Source: an uncultured Pseudomonadota bacterium
GTDB lineage: Bacteria > Oederibacteriota > Muellerivitia > Muellerivitales > Muellerivitaceae
NCBI GenBank assembly: GCA_963770835.1
Contig: CAVYRH010000019.1
Coordinates: forward strand, 288,001-352,000
Length of the DNA stretch: 64,000 bases
Reading direction: 5' to 3'
Shown here: piece by piece, positions 61,237 through 64,000 of the stretch
How the letters are laid out: every line of letters begins with the position of its first letter
How positions within the stretch are numbered: the stretch's first letter is position 1
Translations under genes and position numbers: made by a program
Notes under the pieces: generated by a model
What the model saw: only the letters and a program-made list of their open reading frames with translations
What the model was told of the DNA's origin: nothing
Databases searched by the model: none

Positions 61237-62781
61237 TTAATCCTTCATCCTCATATCAATGAGTTCATAGTAAGGCGCAAAAGGCGGCCGGGGACATTTC
61301 TCATCCCCCAATTTTCGCGCCACACAATCCGCGAGGATGTCCTTACGGGCGGCGTAAACCCCCGAGACCTTTCCGAATTTCTCGATCTTTAACACCATCA
61401 AACAATCCTTCTTTTGCGGGGCATCCAAGGTGCAGGCGCGCCTGAATCCGTCCAGGTGGTCCCCCACCATTGTGGAAAAACTCTTTTCATACTCGGTTCC
61501 CTCGGGGGAACCGGTGTTTTTCTGGGCCTGTTGCAGGATATCCTCCGGGATGGAATCGGAAAAGGCGGCGGGGGTATCCGGCTCCTCATTCATTTCCACC
61601 TGGTCCGGTTTCACGCCGGTCATGATCTTCTGGAACCCCTTCAGGAGCTCCGGATCGTTGAATTGGAGGGTCTTGCGGTTGAAATGCGAACCCGGATCCC
61701 ACAGCATCGGGCACATCCCCATACGGTAAACCTTATCGGCTACCGACATGATGTAAGTACGGACGCTCTCGGGGTCCTTGCCCTTAAGGGTGGCCCCGTA
61801 TTCGCCCAGGATGATGGGAACGCCCTGGCCGAGGAAACGGACCTTCAGCTTCTGCATGTTCGCGTCCAGCTCGGCAAAGTCCTCCTTCGTGCCCCAGGTC
61901 GGCCGGGCCTTGCCCCAGGACTCGTCATGCTCCAAACCGGCGAAGGTGTAGGGGGTGTAATAATGGATTGAAAGGATGCAATGGTCCTGCGGGTCCTTGG
62001 GCATCACGAAATCCGGGTCCGTCGTGAGGTCGATATCCGTCGCGTATCCGGCGATCAGGAGGTGGCGTTTCGCGTTAAGCCCCCCCGATTGGCGCACGAG
62101 ATCGACGAAGGCCTGGTTGATGTTGTTCAGGATGCCATAGGCCTTTTGTTTCTTCTCGGGGGCCGCGGGACCGTAACGGTTCCAGACATCGTTGAAGCAG
62201 CCTTCCTCGTTCAGGGACTCGAAGATCAGCGAGCAGGGATAATCCTTGAAATATCCGGCGATCTGCGACCACATCTTCGTATACCGTTTCATGGATTTGT
62301 CGTATTCGGTTGGGAATTTGGACCACCAGCCGCCATCCCAGTGGATGTTGACCACCGCGATCATCCCGTCCTCGTGGACGTAATCGACGATTTCTTTGAC
62401 GCGTTTCAATAGGTCGGGATCGATCGTGTAGTCGTCCCCGATCATGTTCGACCAAGCCACGGGAATCCGGACGGATTTGAACCCGGCCGCTTGGATCGCG
62501 TCGATCATTTCCTTGGTGGTGACGGGATTGCCCCAGGCGGTCTCGAAACTGCTGACCTGCGGGCCCTTAATCCAATCCCCGGCGCACTCCATCGTGTTGC
62601 CCAGGTTCCATCCGAGCCCCATGCGCCGGACCACCTCCACCGGACTGAGATTCTCCAGGGCTGTGTCATACACGGTTGGAGTCGGAGCGCTATTCCCGGC
62701 GGACAAGTCGGATGGAATAAGGGCGAAAAAAAACATCCCGAGACCGAGTAAATGAATGGTATGAATCTTTCTGAATAACAT
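61237..62781 (-). CDS. Secreted glycoside hydrolase family 5 (endoglucanase-like) with an extra C-terminal domain
   Basis: GWNLGN, RIPVAW, NIHWD, acid/base LNE, HYY, nucleophile GEYG; AAGGAGG RBS before ATG 62781. Confidence 0.92.
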   Translation of the reverse strand: MLFRKIHTIHLLGLGMFFFALIPSDLSAGNSAPTPTVYDTALENLSPVEVVRRMGLGWNLGNTMECAGDWIKGPQVSSFETAWGNPVTTKEMIDAIQAAGFKSVRIPVAWSNMIGDDYTIDPDLLKRVKEIVDYVHEDGMIAVVNIHWDGGWWSKFPTEYDKSMKRYTKMWSQIAGYFKDYPCSLIFESLNEEGCFNDVWNRYGPAAPEKKQKAYGILNNINQAFVDLVRQSGGLNAKRHLLIAGYATDIDLTTDPDFVMPKDPQDHCILSIHYYTPYTFAGLEHDESWGKARPTWGTKEDFAELDANMQKLKVRFLGQGVPIILGEYGATLKGKDPESVRTYIMSVADKVYRMGMCPMLWDPGSHFNRKTLQFNDPELLKGFQKIMTGVKPDQVEMNEEPDTPAAFSDSIPEDILQQAQKNTGSPEGTEYEKSFSTMVGDHLDGFRRACTLDAPQKKDCLMVLKIEKFGKVSGVYAARKDILADCVARKLGDEKCPRPPFAPYYELIDMRMKD

Positions 62782-62916
62782 TGCCAACCTCCTTGAGTTC
62801 CCAGAATGGGATCAACCCACCGTTGTATTCAAGGCCAGGGTCTATATAAATTTGGTGTGCCCAGACTTCGTCTGGGTTCTACCACTTTAAACATTAACTT
62901 TTTTTATGGAGAAAAG

Positions 62917-62992
62917 TGGTGGGGCATCCTGGATTCGAACCAGGGACCAAGGCATTATGAGTGCCCTGCTCTAACCGCTGAGCTAATGCCCC
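62917..62992 (-). tRNA. tRNA with CAT anticodon, most likely tRNA-Ile2 (lysidine)
   Basis: 76-nt cloverleaf GGGGCATTAGCTCAGCGGTTAGAGCAGGGCACT-CAT-AATGCCTTGGTCCCTGGTTCGAATCCAGGATGCCCCACCA; paired 1-72, no initiator GGG/CCC anticodon stem; resembles ileX. Confidence 0.9.
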
Positions 62993-63073
62993 TCAAAGTC
63001 AGGCGGACAAAACCAGCAACAAGTTATTCTACAGGGAGTCTTTCCGTCAAAGGCATTCTAAGCGGCTAAAGAC

Positions 63074-64000
63074 TTACCAATCCACGTCCACGGAGGCGTC
63101 GCCATCCATGGCCACGCGGCCCTCGATTCCATAGTCGGTTACGAAGGCTTCCTCCATCTTCAGCGAGGTCACGGTGGTCTTGAGGCGGGCGTGACCCCCC
63201 AGGGGTCGGTTGAGCACCTTCGTCAGCTCTTGTTTCAACTGGTCCAGGTTTTTCCCGATGGGGATCACGGCCTGTTTTCGGAGTGCGTCCCTGATGGCCG
63301 ATCCGTCAAAGGCTTCCGCCATCTGCACCAGGAAATCGCTGGTTTTGATGTCGAAGTCCATGTCGGGGAAGTCGATCAATTGTTCATCCTCGTGGTAAGT
63401 GGGCGTTCCCACCAGGTAAATAGTCAGTTGGGCGGGCTTGCTGGAAAGGTTGAGGATGGGCTGGTATTCGATCTCCGCCTCCACCACGATTTGGCCGCCC
63501 GACCCGTAAATATCCAAGTTGTCGATTTTCAGGTTGTGGTTCCCACCGCCGGGCAAGGCCTTGTTCAGGATGCCGGTCTTAGGGTCCACCAGCAATTTGT
63601 TGACTTCCTTGAAACTGATCTTGAGGTTGGTTTCGATATGGAACCCCTCGGGCCCAGGCACGTAATCCTTCAAGGGCGGCATTTCGGTGACTTTGACTTG
63701 GGGTTTTTCCCCGATGATGACGTTGGGCTGGCCGATGAACTCGAAGACCGTTTCCAGCCGGGGATTCTTGGGGTCGGGAATGAGGCGGTAGGAACCCACG
63801 CTCATGAGGTTGGGTTGGATCTGGAGCCAGATGTCCTGGGCCATGCGCATCGGCTCCTGGAATTTCACCCAAAGCTCCTTGGCCTTGTTGAGGATGTCCG
63901 AGGTCCTTTGTTTCAGGCCCTCATGGAACTTGGAAGTTCCCTTCCGCACGAGCCGTTCGGCCTTTTTGTTGTCGGACTCGGTCACGGAGGCGGTGGCCGT
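63074..64000 (-). CDS. Partial CDS (5' end outside window), DUF4403-like protein
   Basis: Open frame to the window edge; IYGSGGQIVV...IYLVGTPTY...DMDFDIKT pattern. Confidence 0.6.
   Translation of the reverse strand, partial: TATASVTESDNKKAERLVRKGTSKFHEGLKQRTSDILNKAKELWVKFQEPMRMAQDIWLQIQPNLMSVGSYRLIPDPKNPRLETVFEFIGQPNVIIGEKPQVKVTEMPPLKDYVPGPEGFHIETNLKISFKEVNKLLVDPKTGILNKALPGGGNHNLKIDNLDIYGSGGQIVVEAEIEYQPILNLSSKPAQLTIYLVGTPTYHEDEQLIDFPDMDFDIKTSDFLVQMAEAFDGSAIRDALRKQAVIPIGKNLDQLKQELTKVLNRPLGGHARLKTTVTSLKMEEAFVTDYGIEGRVAMDGDASVDVDW

Noticed and set aside
62917..62992. tRNA as initiator tRNA-fMet or as an island integration site
   Set aside because: Lacks initiator features; no integrase and no duplicated tRNA 3' end were seen in the window

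Overview
This 64-kb window comes from a GC-rich bacterium with an outer membrane. Its Pro/Thr-rich surface protein with FlgD-like C-termini suggests a poorly characterised anaerobic lineage such as candidate phylum FCPU426 (inference only). The right two-thirds is a fermentative energy region: a bidirectional NAD-linked [NiFe]-hydrogenase (hoxEFUYH), pgk, two maturation proteases, hypA/F/C/D/E with a NiCoT transporter (no hypB), an ADP-forming acetate-CoA ligase/GNAT fusion, PFOR (nifJ) followed by a HydG-like radical SAM gene with no hydA/E/F, adk and a membrane pyrophosphatase. Six transcription units in this region carry a TATGA-N6-TCATA palindrome; five have a -10-like hexamer exactly 21 nt downstream, consistent with a CRP/FNR-type class II regulon. 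The left part holds recQ, two toxin-antitoxin pairs, a ParB-like protein with a transmembrane helix, a candidate 6S RNA upstream of a NYN gene and a large Pro/Thr-repeat surface protein. It also holds three mini-elements that share IS1-like terminal inverted repeats but each carry a different palindromic cargo. A tRNA with a CAT anticodon (probably Ile2) and a GH5 enzyme lie near the right end. No CRISPR array, rRNA, transposase or integrase was seen.
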